A stretch of 62,255 nucleotides of DNA from Opitutus sp. GAS368 (GTDB lineage Bacteria > Verrucomicrobiota > Verrucomicrobiia > Opitutales > Opitutaceae): positions 1-62,255 of the forward strand of contig CAMAPG010000001.1 in assembly GCA_945859965.1 (NCBI GenBank), written 5' to 3'. The notes below the pieces were generated by a model that ran no database searches, was not told where the DNA came from, and was given only the letters and a program-made list of their open reading frames with translations. A program made the position numbers and the translations under genes. Shown here piece after piece: positions 17,038-27,400 of this stretch; positions within the stretch are counted from its first letter, which is position 1; the number at the start of each line of letters is the position of its first letter.

Positions 17038-18675
17038 TTACTTGCCCGGACGGTTCGGGGCCGCGGAGCCTTTGGCGACGTTCAGCGACTCGCCGAGCGG
17101 GTCGTTGTAGGCTTCGAAGGCGGTGAGGACGGCTTTGTCCTTGCTGTTGGCGATCACGCGCAGGCGGACTTTGGAGGTGGTGCGGGGGACGATGGCGGCG
17201 ACGAATTCCCCGCCGATGCCCATGCCGTTGAAGCAACTCATCCATCCCGGTTTTTTTTCGTCCCAATATTCGATGATGTAGCGGGAGATGCCGGAGGCGG
17301 CGTCTTCCTTGAGCTTGAATTCGTTGATCGCGACGGGGCGTCCGAAATCGAGCACGAAGGACTGGCCCTCGGTGGCGCTCGCGGGCACGGTGGTTTCCTT
17401 GGCGGGGTGCTTGGTGGAGCTGGCGGCGGCGCTGAGGTCTTTGATGTAGCATTCCACGAAAGTGGATCGCTTGTCCTTCTCGGGATCCATCACCGCCATG
17501 AGGCCTTCGCCTTTCGAGAGGTAAAAACGGCAGTTTTTCCAGGTGGCCTCCGTCCAGTCGGTGGTGTTGATGATGGCGGCGCGGACGCGTGGGCGGATGG
17601 GGCGCTTGGACTTGGCGTTGATGACGCAGTTTTCCATGACGATGCCTTTGTTCGGGTTGCCATCGGAGGCGTAGCAGCAGAGCAGGAAGCCGGGGCCGTC
17701 GGTGTCGTGGAAGTTGCAGTTGCGCATCGTCATGTTGTCGCAGTTGCCCTCGAAGTCGAAGGCCTCGCCGTCGCCGCTGCCCTGGCCGATGTCCACGAAG
17801 CCCCACTCGCTGTCCTCGAAGATCCAGTCTTTGCACCGGAAAAACATGGCGCCGGCCACGCCGTTGAACGCCATGAAGCCGCGCCCGATGTCGTGGGTGA
17901 CGCAGTTTTTGACGGAGCCGCCATCCACGCCGCGGATGCCGAGCTGCCACTGGTAGCCTTCCTCGAAGAGGCAGCTCTCGAAGTGGAGGTTGGCGAAGTT
18001 GTAAACGAAGGAGGCGTTCTTGTTGAAGTTGTCTGGGCTGTTCGTCCAGAAGCCCGAGGCGAGGCGGCGGAAGACGCAGTTTTTTACCGTGATGTCCTGC
18101 ATGACGACCCGCTTGCCGGTTTCCCACGAGAAAAGGCAGACGCCGAGGCCGATCTTGCGTTTCGGGTAGTCCTCGTAGTGCCCGTAGAGCAGTGAGTCGC
18201 GGAAGTAGCAGTCCTCGATCCAGAGGTATTTTTGGGTCGGGGCGCCCTTCGCGTATTCGGCGTAGATGCCGGTCATGCAGCGCGCGAATTCGAGGCCGAC
18301 GATTTTGTAGCCGCCTTTGTTGTCGAGACGGATGCCGGTGCGGTCCTGTTTGAAGTCTTCGCGGTCAATGACGGGCTTTTTTCCCTCGCCGTAGGAGCTG
18401 ATGAGGATGGGTTTCTCCGGGGTGCCGCTGCCTTTCGGGGTGAGTTCCTCGTTCCAAGTGTCACCCTTTTTAAGCAGGATGCTGTCGCCGGGCTGGTACT
18501 CGATGGAGGCTTTGGCGAGCGTTTTCCAGGCGGTGGCGGCGGTGGTGCCGGCGGCGGTGTCGTTGCCCGCGGACTGGCTGATGTAGTAGGTCTTGGCCCG
18601 GGCTGGTGTGGCGGTGAGCACGGCGGCCAGTGCGATCAGGAGAGCCGGCTTGGTGAGAAGGGTGTGGAGTTTCAT
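17038..18675 (-). CDS. secreted right-handed beta-helix protein with C-terminal F5/8 type C (discoidin) domain
   Basis: 545 aa from MKLHTLLTKPALLIALAAVLTATPARA (signal peptide). Repeated NC-containing turns (VKNCVF, FESCLF, VKNCVT, MRNCNF, MENCVI, WKNCRF) are typical of parallel beta-helix (pectate-lyase fold) proteins. The C-terminal FVLDFGRPVAINEFKL...YIIEYWD...KVRLRV...AFEAY matches discoidin. Confidence 0.75.
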   Translation of the reverse strand: MKLHTLLTKPALLIALAAVLTATPARAKTYYISQSAGNDTAAGTTAATAWKTLAKASIEYQPGDSILLKKGDTWNEELTPKGSGTPEKPILISSYGEGKKPVIDREDFKQDRTGIRLDNKGGYKIVGLEFARCMTGIYAEYAKGAPTQKYLWIEDCYFRDSLLYGHYEDYPKRKIGLGVCLFSWETGKRVVMQDITVKNCVFRRLASGFWTNSPDNFNKNASFVYNFANLHFESCLFEEGYQWQLGIRGVDGGSVKNCVTHDIGRGFMAFNGVAGAMFFRCKDWIFEDSEWGFVDIGQGSGDGEAFDFEGNCDNMTMRNCNFHDTDGPGFLLCCYASDGNPNKGIVMENCVINAKSKRPIRPRVRAAIINTTDWTEATWKNCRFYLSKGEGLMAVMDPEKDKRSTFVECYIKDLSAAASSTKHPAKETTVPASATEGQSFVLDFGRPVAINEFKLKEDAASGISRYIIEYWDEKKPGWMSCFNGMGIGGEFVAAIVPRTTSKVRLRVIANSKDKAVLTAFEAYNDPLGESLNVAKGSAAPNRPGK

Positions 18676-18829
18676 GATGGTGCTTGGTGTTGAAGAGAGG
18701 CGGTTTTTTTTGAAGGGGAGGGGATCAGGATGCGGGGCTGGGCTCTCACACAACCCCGCACCCTTGTGAATTTCCGAATGCCGATTTCCGGGCCGGGTTT
18801 CCCCGGCGGCGGTGATCGGTCATGCGCGG

Positions 18830-19705
18830 TTACTTCGATTCAGAGCCGCCGAGCGCGACGACGCGGAAGCCGTAGTGCGGCCATTTTGCGCTGAGGACAT
18901 CGTAGCGGGTGGCGGATTGCAGGTAGCTGTCGTTGTCGTTGATGAACCACGAGCCGCCGCGAAGGCCGACTTTCCCGTCCGCCTGGGTTTCATTGTACTC
19001 CCACACATTTCCGTTCTGGTCGAATGTGCCGTAGGCGCTGGCAGCCGTGGAAAAGCTTCCGGCATTGGTTGGATTATTGGAGCCGAGATTGGCTTCCGGC
19101 GCGCTGCCGCCCTTGGTCGCGTAGGTCCAGTAGCCCGCGCCGCCGGATTTGGCCGGATCGTAATACGCGGCTTTATACCACTCGTTTTCACTTGCGATGA
19201 CCCACTTGGTTTCCTTGCCGGCTGCGAGGGCTGCGTGATCGGTGGCTTTTACGCTCCCATTCTGGATGGTGTAAACGCCCTTTTCGGTGTCGCCCTTGCC
19301 GCCGCCGTTCGAGAGCCAGTTGCAGAAGCGCGCGCAGGATTCCCAGGTGACGTAGCCGACCGGCTGCTTGCCGCGGCCATCAATGACTGTGTACGTGTAG
19401 CTGCCGGGCGAGCCGTTCCGCGTGATGCCACCCCAGCCGCCGCCGTCTCCGCCATCGGCCATGCGGCCGTCGTAAAGTTCGTAGGTGTCCGTCTTGGCGG
19501 CGGCGTTGAGAAACTCGCAGTATTCTGCGTTGGTCACTTCAAATTTGCCGATCTTGTATGCGTAGGCGACCGCGCCGTAGCCGGTGCCGTCAGCGGGATT
19601 GCCGGGGTTGCCGACGGCGACCGTTTCCGGGACGCCCGCCAGCGCGAGGCCGGAAGTGAGTGCGAGGGATGCGGTGATGAGGGTTCGGATTGTTCGGGTT
19701 TTCAT
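18830..19705 (-). CDS. formylglycine-generating enzyme family protein (SUMF1/EgtB/PvdO-type)
   Basis: 291 aa with a signal peptide. KFEVTNAEYCEFL, PVGYVTWESCARFCNWL, GNVWEYNE, LRGGSW and YGFRVV are the FGE-sulfatase domain blocks. Confidence 0.85.
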   Translation of the reverse strand: MKTRTIRTLITASLALTSGLALAGVPETVAVGNPGNPADGTGYGAVAYAYKIGKFEVTNAEYCEFLNAAAKTDTYELYDGRMADGGDGGGWGGITRNGSPGSYTYTVIDGRGKQPVGYVTWESCARFCNWLSNGGGKGDTEKGVYTIQNGSVKATDHAALAAGKETKWVIASENEWYKAAYYDPAKSGGAGYWTYATKGGSAPEANLGSNNPTNAGSFSTAASAYGTFDQNGNVWEYNETQADGKVGLRGGSWFINDNDSYLQSATRYDVLSAKWPHYGFRVVALGGSESK

Positions 19706-19788
19706 ATTTGTGTGTTGAGAGCGGGTATTATTCGGGCGGGAGTATTACTTTAGGAAGTTTTTTTCCGGACCGACGGGCCGAATGCTTT

Positions 19789-20349
19789 TCAAATGGATCG
19801 CTCCCGTTGGGAGGCAATGGAGGGGAGGGATTGGAGAAGACCTTCGCGGGCGGCGGGGATGCGGTGGCAGGCGCGGGCGAGGGCCATGATCGGCGAGGTG
19901 TCGGGATTTTGGATGCCGAGCAGGCGGGCGAGCTCGCTTTCAAAATGAAGCAGCGCCCGCCGGGATGCGGGCTTTTCGCCGAGATGCGAGAGCGCGCGGC
20001 GGAGAAGATCGAAAAGATCCGCCGCGGGATGTTCAAGCTCGGTGAGGTCGTCCATCAATTCGACGAAGTAGGAGGCGAGTGCGAGGCGCGGGTATTCGCG
20101 GCGGAGGCCGTCGCGGGGATCGGTGAGGGCGCATTCGCGGAGGGAGTGGAGATCGGATTTCGCGCTGCGGGAAAAGCTGATTTCGCAGTCGAAAAAGAGA
20201 TCAAGTGTGCCGGCGAGGCGGCTTTTCGGGCGGAGGGCGCCTTTCGCGAGCGTCTTCAGTTTGCCGTGCGCGGCGGTGAACCACGTGACGATGAGGCTTG
20301 TGTCGCCGAAGCGGATTTTGCGGATGAGAATTGCGGGTGTGGTTTCCAC
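19789..20349 (-). CDS. recO: DNA repair protein RecO
   Basis: PAILIRKIRFGDTSLIVTWFTAAHGKLKTLAKGALRPKSR is the RecO N-terminal OB-fold signature. The GTG at 20349 sits right before it. ATG 20451 is an alternative start, and the longer track ORF (to 20520) is unlikely. Confidence 0.8.
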   Translation of the reverse strand: METTPAILIRKIRFGDTSLIVTWFTAAHGKLKTLAKGALRPKSRLAGTLDLFFDCEISFSRSAKSDLHSLRECALTDPRDGLRREYPRLALASYFVELMDDLTELEHPAADLFDLLRRALSHLGEKPASRRALLHFESELARLLGIQNPDTSPIMALARACHRIPAAREGLLQSLPSIASQRERSI

Positions 20350-20518
20350 GAAGCGCGGACGAGGATGCGCGGGGTGCGGCGGGCGTGAAAGGCGGAAGAT
20401 GGGGCCTGGCGGAGGACTGTGGAGACCCCGGAAATTTTCCCAAGAAACCATTTGCAAGGGTGCAGGTGCTCGGCTATCGGACGCGGCCCACAACCAAGTG
20501 AAACAAACCAAAAACAAC

Positions 20519-20857
20519 ATGAGCGATAAAAAAGAAGAACAAAAACAGGCCGAGCAGGCCCCACAAACTCCGGCACCAGCCCAGGCTCAGGTGCAGGTGG
20601 ATACCACCGGGATGAAGAGCGGTTACGCCAACGTGGTTGGCATCGCTGCGAACATCAACGAGGTGTATCTCACCTTTGGGGTGAACAGTGATCCTTACAA
20701 TCCGACCCCGAGCGAGCCCGTGAAGCTCGACAACCGGGTGATCATGACGCCAGATGCGGCGAAGCGCCTCTGCCTGAATCTCAATGCCACGCTTGCTGCT
20801 TTCGAGCAGCGGTTTGGCGTGATCGAACTCGACCTCCAGAAACGCATCCGCAGCTAG
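20519..20857 (+). CDS. DUF3467 domain-containing protein
   Basis: 112 aa from ATG 20519. GYANVVGIAANINEVYLTFG ... NRVIMTPDAAKRLCLNLNATLAAFEQRFGVI matches the DUF3467 pattern (YaN...h...Ef.ldF ... RiimtP.hAKrL...L......yE..fG.I). Confidence 0.75.
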   Translation: MSDKKEEQKQAEQAPQTPAPAQAQVQVDTTGMKSGYANVVGIAANINEVYLTFGVNSDPYNPTPSEPVKLDNRVIMTPDAAKRLCLNLNATLAAFEQRFGVIELDLQKRIRS

Positions 20858-20884
20858 TTGGCTGGGGAGTTTGCAGTTCATTTT

Positions 20885-20926
20885 CCGGCGGCGGAAGGCG
20901 TGCATGCCTTCCGCCGCCGGTCTTTT
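20885..20926 (+). terminator. Rho-independent terminator downstream of the DUF3467 gene
   Basis: A perfect 15-bp stem, CCGGCGGCGGAAGGC (20885-20899) pairing with GCCTTCCGCCGCCGG (20906-20920), has a 6-nt loop. It is followed by TCTTTT, 28 nt after the stop codon. Confidence 0.7.
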
Positions 20927-21491
20927 GTACCCCAATATTCCGGCAGACATTTTTCAAGATCGCGCTCTTGCAGCCTCTGCCTTCCTCTCCGCTGCCAGCA
21001 TGAGCGGGAGCCGAGGCGGGAAAGAGCGATCCGTGCGCGATTGATCCCGCGTTTCTCTCCACACATTTCTAAGAAAACTCTCCAGCAAGCCGTGCATCAA
21101 AGGATGTTTCACCACCCATCCAACGAATTCCCGCGGGATGCGATGGCAGCGCGCAATTTCATTCAGAGCACTCTTTACAGCATGGACGTTTGCGTTAAAC
21201 AGGCTGCACACTTTTATCCGGGCATTGTGCGGCGACCTGACTTTCGCCTATGCCCGTCCCACAGCGAATCACTCTTGAATCCTCTGCTCGCAATGAATCT
21301 TCCGCGAAAATGCGGGCGTACCGCCGCCGGTATCGCCTGCGGGCGTGTCACTCAAGCAACCGGACGTGGAGCCCGCTTCCTCCCGGTCTGCCAGCCAATT
21401 TCGCGGAAAAATCTTTACGCCGCGCCGGAGGGCGGCATTTCTCCGTCCGGTCATTTTACAACTCAACCCGCCTCTTCCGCCGCCTGATCTG

Positions 21492-24400
21492 ATGAATACC
21501 AAGTACAACCGTCCCTCCGTGGAGCCACTCGAGAGCCGCATTGCTCCAGCCCGTGTCATTGAAGTGGGGTTTCCAGGCGCGTCGAACGATACGGATTACT
21601 CCGAGGCAGCACCCTCCGGGGAAGTTTTACATTTCGTAAATCTGGAGACTGCATCCGGCGCGGATCTGATCGCTGCGGCCGTAGGCAAGGGGATCGGCGG
21701 TCTGGCGGATACATTTTATATCCGCATGTCGGCCGGGGATGTGATGGAGCTTTTCCGCGGGGGCGGAGGTGCGTCCACGGAGCCGTTATTGATCGTGAAT
21801 TCAGGCAACATCGTCGCGTTTTTCACCGACAAGAATCTCGATGACGAAGTGCAGGAGAGTGAGATTACGGGGATTTCGGCGGGGAAAAACGCGTCGTTCG
21901 AGCTGCGGGCCGCTTTGCCAGGTGATGTCGTGGTCAACCTCGATGAGAGGGGGACGAAAGACCAGGCGGATGACACGCTTTGGATGGGCGCCGGGCCGGT
22001 TCCCGCGGGACTTGGGATCAAGTCTGTGAAGATCGGCAGCTCCGTGGGCGGATCGGTGGACGAAGGGGTCTTGTTTCAAATCGCGGCGGAGACCATTGCC
22101 GGGGGAGTGGGAGTGCAGGAGGTGCAGGATTTCAGCATCAGTACGGCACAGGGGAGAATCGGGCAGACCTTCCGTATTTCCTACGGAGCATATACGACGG
22201 CCTCGCTTGTCGTCGTAACGTCGGCGGCGGAGATCGAGGCCGCAATCAATGGCTTGAAGGCGGTCAAGGATGCGGGCGAAGTCACGGTGACGAGCGCTGC
22301 GAATGGACAGTTCACCGCCACGTTCAAACTCACCGGGGCGCAGGCGGATCTTTTTGAGGTGCATGCCGACGCGGTGATAGATTTTACCGCCTCGGAAGTG
22401 ACGCCGGGAGGAGTGGCTGAACAAGAGGTGCAATCTGTGGACATCGGGTCGCTAGCAGGCGAGTCGGGCCAGTTGACTTTCTCGTTTGGGGTGGAGAGTT
22501 CGGCCCCTCTGAGGTTCGACGCGACTGCGGAGGAGATTGAGACGGCGTTGAATCTCCTAAACACAGTCAGCGGCGTGGGTGGAGTGACCGTTATAAGGCC
22601 GAGTGGCGGCCTCTTTTTGATCACTTTCAACGAACCCGGCGACCAGGCTGAATTGTTCGCTGCACATGCGGAGCAGTTTGTCGTCGGCAGCGTGGGTGGC
22701 AACATCCTCGCGAGTGGGAGCATCAGCAATATCAACGTGGCGGGCGGAGTTCAGCGGATCCTTGCGGGCTCGGCGGCCAACGGGCAGACGTTCGATTTCT
22801 TCCCGAAATATACCACCAGCTCGGGCGTCGTTGTGGACACTCCTGGCGGCGATGGGCTGTTTTCCTTCGCCCCTCTCACGGGCATGGCAGGTTCAGGGAT
22901 TTCAAATATCATCGTGGATCGCCTGGGTGCGGGCGGCGACAATGTGGGGATGATCCACGCGGGAGATGGCGGGGATGGCGCAAATGGCGGCTCGCTCAAT
23001 CTAATCGAAATCCGAAGAGATTCCGACGGTTTCAGCCTTCTAGCAGGTGACGGAGGCAACTCCGGTGGCCTGAAGAAGAATGGGGGGCATGGGGGAGGGG
23101 TCACCAAAGTGTATGCTCATGGGAACCCTGATGCCTCCGGAAACGACCTGATCACGGTCGCAGCGGGTGCTGGTGGAGATTCTGCGACAGCCTTGGGGGG
23201 GCGCGGTGGTTCCATTGCCGACCTCAACATTGGCTACGAGCTGGCGGGGAAAAATCTCATCCTCTCCGAGGGTGTCTTGCGTGACAATGTCATCGTTCTT
23301 TCGGGTGATGGCGGCGATGGAAAAGTTGGAGCGTCCGGTGGCTCGCTGACCAAAATCAACATCACGATCAGCGCTCCCGACCTGGCCGGGGACGAGGTGC
23401 AGGTCTTTGCGGGAGACGGTGGCGATGGGCAGTCGGTGAGGGGAGGACGTGGTGGCACTGGCGGAACGATCAGCCGGTCGTTTTTTCAAAACGTGGATAT
23501 CACCCCCTCGCATGAGATGACGATCATGGCCGGAGCCGGAGGGCTCGCTGGGACGAATGCGATCGGGGCTGCCGGTGGATCCGTTCTCGATCTGACTCTC
23601 ACGGGCCGGTGGTTCGACATCGGGGCCGGGGATGGCTCTGATGGCAAGAAGGGCGGATTGGGCGGTTCGATCAAGGCAATCACCTTTGTCACGGTGAACA
23701 GTGTCATCACGGACACCGCCATGATCAATGCGGGCCGCGGTGGGGACGGGCTTGGGGGCAACGCCGGCAACGGCGGCATGGTCGCAGGCGTGGACCTGCC
23801 CGACTCCGATTTGTTCAACTTCATCATCAACGATGAAATGCTCGGCAAGGGCGACGGAGGAACTGGTTCTGGCGGCAGGGGAGGAAACGGTGGAGGCATC
23901 AGCAACATTTCTGTCACAGACTCCGAATTCGGCGTCGCACGCAATGCCGCGAATCTCTACAGCGTTCGTGGAGGTGCGGGCGGTTCTGGTGACAAAGGGG
24001 GCGGAGCGGGCGGCTCACTTGCAGAATTGCTCTTCTCCGGCTCAGGAATCGAAGTGGAGGTCACTGCCGGTGACGGTGGCGACGCGGACATCAAGGGGCC
24101 CGGCGGGAAGGCAGGCAGCATAGCCAGGTCTTCGTTTTTTACTGAAGGCACCGTACTCAGGACGGTCTCGGGAGTCCCCGTGCAGGTGGCAGCAGATGGT
24201 TTTGTCCGCGCTGGTGCAGGCGGAGATGGCGCGGGAGCAGGTGGGGCTGGCGGTTTGGGCGGCGAGGTTTCAACAGTGGATCTCAACACTGAAGGAACAG
24301 CAGGCGTTTTTGGTGGAGACGGCGGCAATGGTTCCGGTGCCGGATCCGGTCGCGGTGGCAGTTTGAATCGCGTCGGACTTTTCGCAACGAACGGCGACGG

Positions 24401-27400
24401 TACTATGATCGCTGGCGATGCCGGAACCATTGGCACCAAGCCGGCCGCCGGCGGCAGCATCCGAGGCACCACGGATGAACAAGTGTCCGGTGCATTTGCC
24501 GCACTGAATGTTACTGTCCGCGCCGGGGAGGGTGCAAACGGCGGCGCAGGGGGAAGCATTGATCAGTTTGGCTATGGCAGCACTGGAGCCACGCTGGTGC
24601 CCACACCGCTTGGGAATATCATCATCATGGCTGGTGACGGCTCGGAATCTGGAGACGGCCGTAATGTGGGGGCTGGGGGATCCATCAAGAACATCAACGG
24701 TTCGGTGAGTTTTACCTCCGGAACCACCACGACCATCCAGGCAGGCGAGGGCGGTTCCACGCCCAAGAAAGGTGGAGCGGGCGGCGACATCAAAAATCTT
24801 TCCCTCCAGCGTGGTGGCAACCCCGGAGTCGAGGTCAGCATTGTGGCCGGAGATGCCGGGGATTCTCCCGCGGGAGCAAGGGGCGCCAAAGGAGGCAGTG
24901 TGGACGGAGTCACGGTGATCGAGATGGATCGGGCTGCAATTCTTCGACACATCACCGCCGGCAACGGAGGAGATGCGCTGAAAATGGGAGGCCCCGGGGG
25001 TAGCGTGACCAACGTCAACGTGGTGAATCACGATATCGGTCTTCGCTCCGGCGCGGCCTACGGTTACGACTCGATGGGAGGCATTTTTGCCGGCGCTGGT
25101 GGCAGCGGCGACACCAAAGGCCTCGCAGGGAACGTCATCAGTGTGTCTGCCGACGCGATCGGGTCCATCGTCGCAGGCCGGGGTGCGGCGCCGGAACTCG
25201 TCAACAAGGTTGAGAGCATTTATCTCAATGATTCGAATCTGCTCATTGAAAAGGACGGCGCTTTCACTGAAGACGGCATCCCAGGAGCCAAGGAGGAGCA
25301 GCAATTTACGCCGGCGAGCGGCTTCCAGTTCCAGATTACGTTTGGTGAATACACCACCGGGAACCTCCAGCCCAACAGCACCACGGCCCAGGTGGAGGCA
25401 GCCCTAAACTTACTTCTGTCCATCAGCAGCATAGGCGGGGTGACGGTCACCAAGCCTGTCGGCCCATCAGCATACAAGATCACATTCAACGAAGTCGGAG
25501 ACCGGCAGCCGCTCCAGATATCCAACCAGCTCAACGTGATCGAGGTCGCACGGGGCGACGATGAGCCTCCCATCATGGAGAAGCAAACGGTCCAACTTGA
25601 TCCGACATTGTTCAGCAGCATCACGGCAAAATTTGGTGGATCGAGTGCATTCTTCAGTGATGCGTCCCTGATCACAGCCGGTTCCCTGGAAACCGGCCTG
25701 AATGCCATGGCAAGCGTCATGGATCTCCTTGGCGTCACCGTTACCGACCTGCCGAACTCCAGTTTTGAAATCACTTTCAACGAGCCGGGTAATCAAGCCC
25801 CGTTCAATTTCGGGGCGCACAATTCCCCCTCCGGCTTTGCCACCGAGATCACCGATGGCACAAATAACACCCAGATCATCTACATCAACGGGGCTGAACG
25901 TACCATCCCGCTGAACAAGGATGCCGCACCAGTGGACGTGGCGAATGCGCTGAACGCGCTGCCTTCGATCATTGCGGCTGGTGGAGTTTCAGCGACTGCG
26001 CTGCTACCCAATGGATATCAGGTGGTCTTCCTGGCTCCCGGGGACAATCCGCAGATTACAGCGGAGGAATTTGTTGGCGTGAATGCTGCCGTGGAATTGA
26101 CTGGAGAGGCGAACACCCAACTCAAAGTTTTTGAATTGCTCCAAGGCAGCACAACGACTCAGGTGAAAGAGGTTCAAACCGTGCGGATTGATCCGTTGCT
26201 GCTTGGCCGGGTCAACGTGAACTTCGGACCAAGTGTGGCATCCTTTAGCAGCGCAGACCAGATCACCGCCGCGACCCTCAATTCGCGCCTGAATCTCCTC
26301 CCAACGATTATCACAGCCGGCGGGGTCACGGTTTTGGCGCAGGAGAACCACACTTTCCGAATCACGTTTGATCAGTTTGGCGACCAGATCCCGATCCATG
26401 TCGAGGGAGATGACTTTCTACTGGGGAGTGCGGCGGAGATTGTTGCCGGCGATTCTGTCACCCAGGAAATACAGAGGTTCACGCCGATTGCAGGCGGGAG
26501 CTTCCAGGTTAACTTCGGTGCGGACACGACCAACCTCATCGTCTCCACGAGCACAGCCATCCAGGTGCAGTCCTTGCTCAACGCGCTTCCATCCATCAGC
26601 AGCATCGGCGGCGTTACGGTCACTCAGGACATCGGGACAGAAGGATACGCGGTGACCTTCAATCAGAATGGAGATCGCGCGCCACTCTCCGTGACCAATC
26701 GCACGGGAATTGCGGGCTCTTTGCTGACTCAGGCGTCTGCGGCGACCCTCACGCTCGGTGACCCTGTCACCAATGAGGTTCAGCGCATTTCGCTTCCGAG
26801 CACCGGATTTATCGCACTTTCCTTTACGGGCCTGGAGACCTCGCAGACCAGCTTCATGCCCCTTAATTCCAGCGCTTCATTTGTCGAGGCTTCACTCAAT
26901 GCGTTACCCTCCGTCATCGCGGCAGGCGGCGTGACGCTCACTGTTTCTCCCGGCGGAGATTTTTACGAGATCGCTTTCAACGAACCCGGTTCGCGAAACC
27001 AATTTAACGGCACTGCCATCGAGGTGGAACAAACGGTCACTGAACTCTTCCATGGAATGAATCGTCTCGCGGCATTCGAAGTCCAGAGTATTGAGTATGA
27101 CTTGAATGGCGAGTTCACGGTGACGTTCCCGGTTGCCTTGACGGCGGTTGAAAACCTTCAAGGGTTCTCCGGCGGCCGCGAGGGGCAGCTACTGGATCTC
27201 AGCTCAGTTCAGGCAATAGGCGCGGCCACGTTCACGTTAAGCTTTGGCGATGACACAACGAATCCACCATTGAGTGCGAATGCGGATGCTGCTGCGATCC
27301 AAGCTGACCTCAACCTCCTCCCCTCGATCATTAGTGCCGGCGGCGTAACGGTTGATCTTGTGAGCCCGGGGTTGTTTTCGATTACTTTTGGGAACCTTGG

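Noticed and set aside
20858-21487. 209-aa plus-strand ORF and 85-aa minus-strand ORF (20954-21211) in the leader upstream of the giant genes
   Set aside because: Neither has a family resemblance that holds up. A tentative HTH or RAYT-like reading of ..NEIARCHRIPREFVGWVVKHPLMHGLL.. failed on spacing. Third-position composition is unlike the real genes here. Kept only as part of the leader-region finding.
21345-21491. 49-codon N-terminal extension of giant protein 1 in the ORF track (non-ATG start)
   Set aside because: The extension is Pro/Arg/Ser-rich and supplies no signal peptide. With ATG 21492 as start, the EPLESRIAPA motif lands at the same distance from the N-terminus as in the paralogue (residues 11-20 vs 12-21).
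22926-25150. Gly/Asp-rich repeats considered as RTX (hemolysin-type Ca-binding) nonapeptides
   Set aside because: The GGxGxDxUx nine-residue periodicity is absent. The units are 25-40 aa with a GDGGDG ... GG.GGS pattern.
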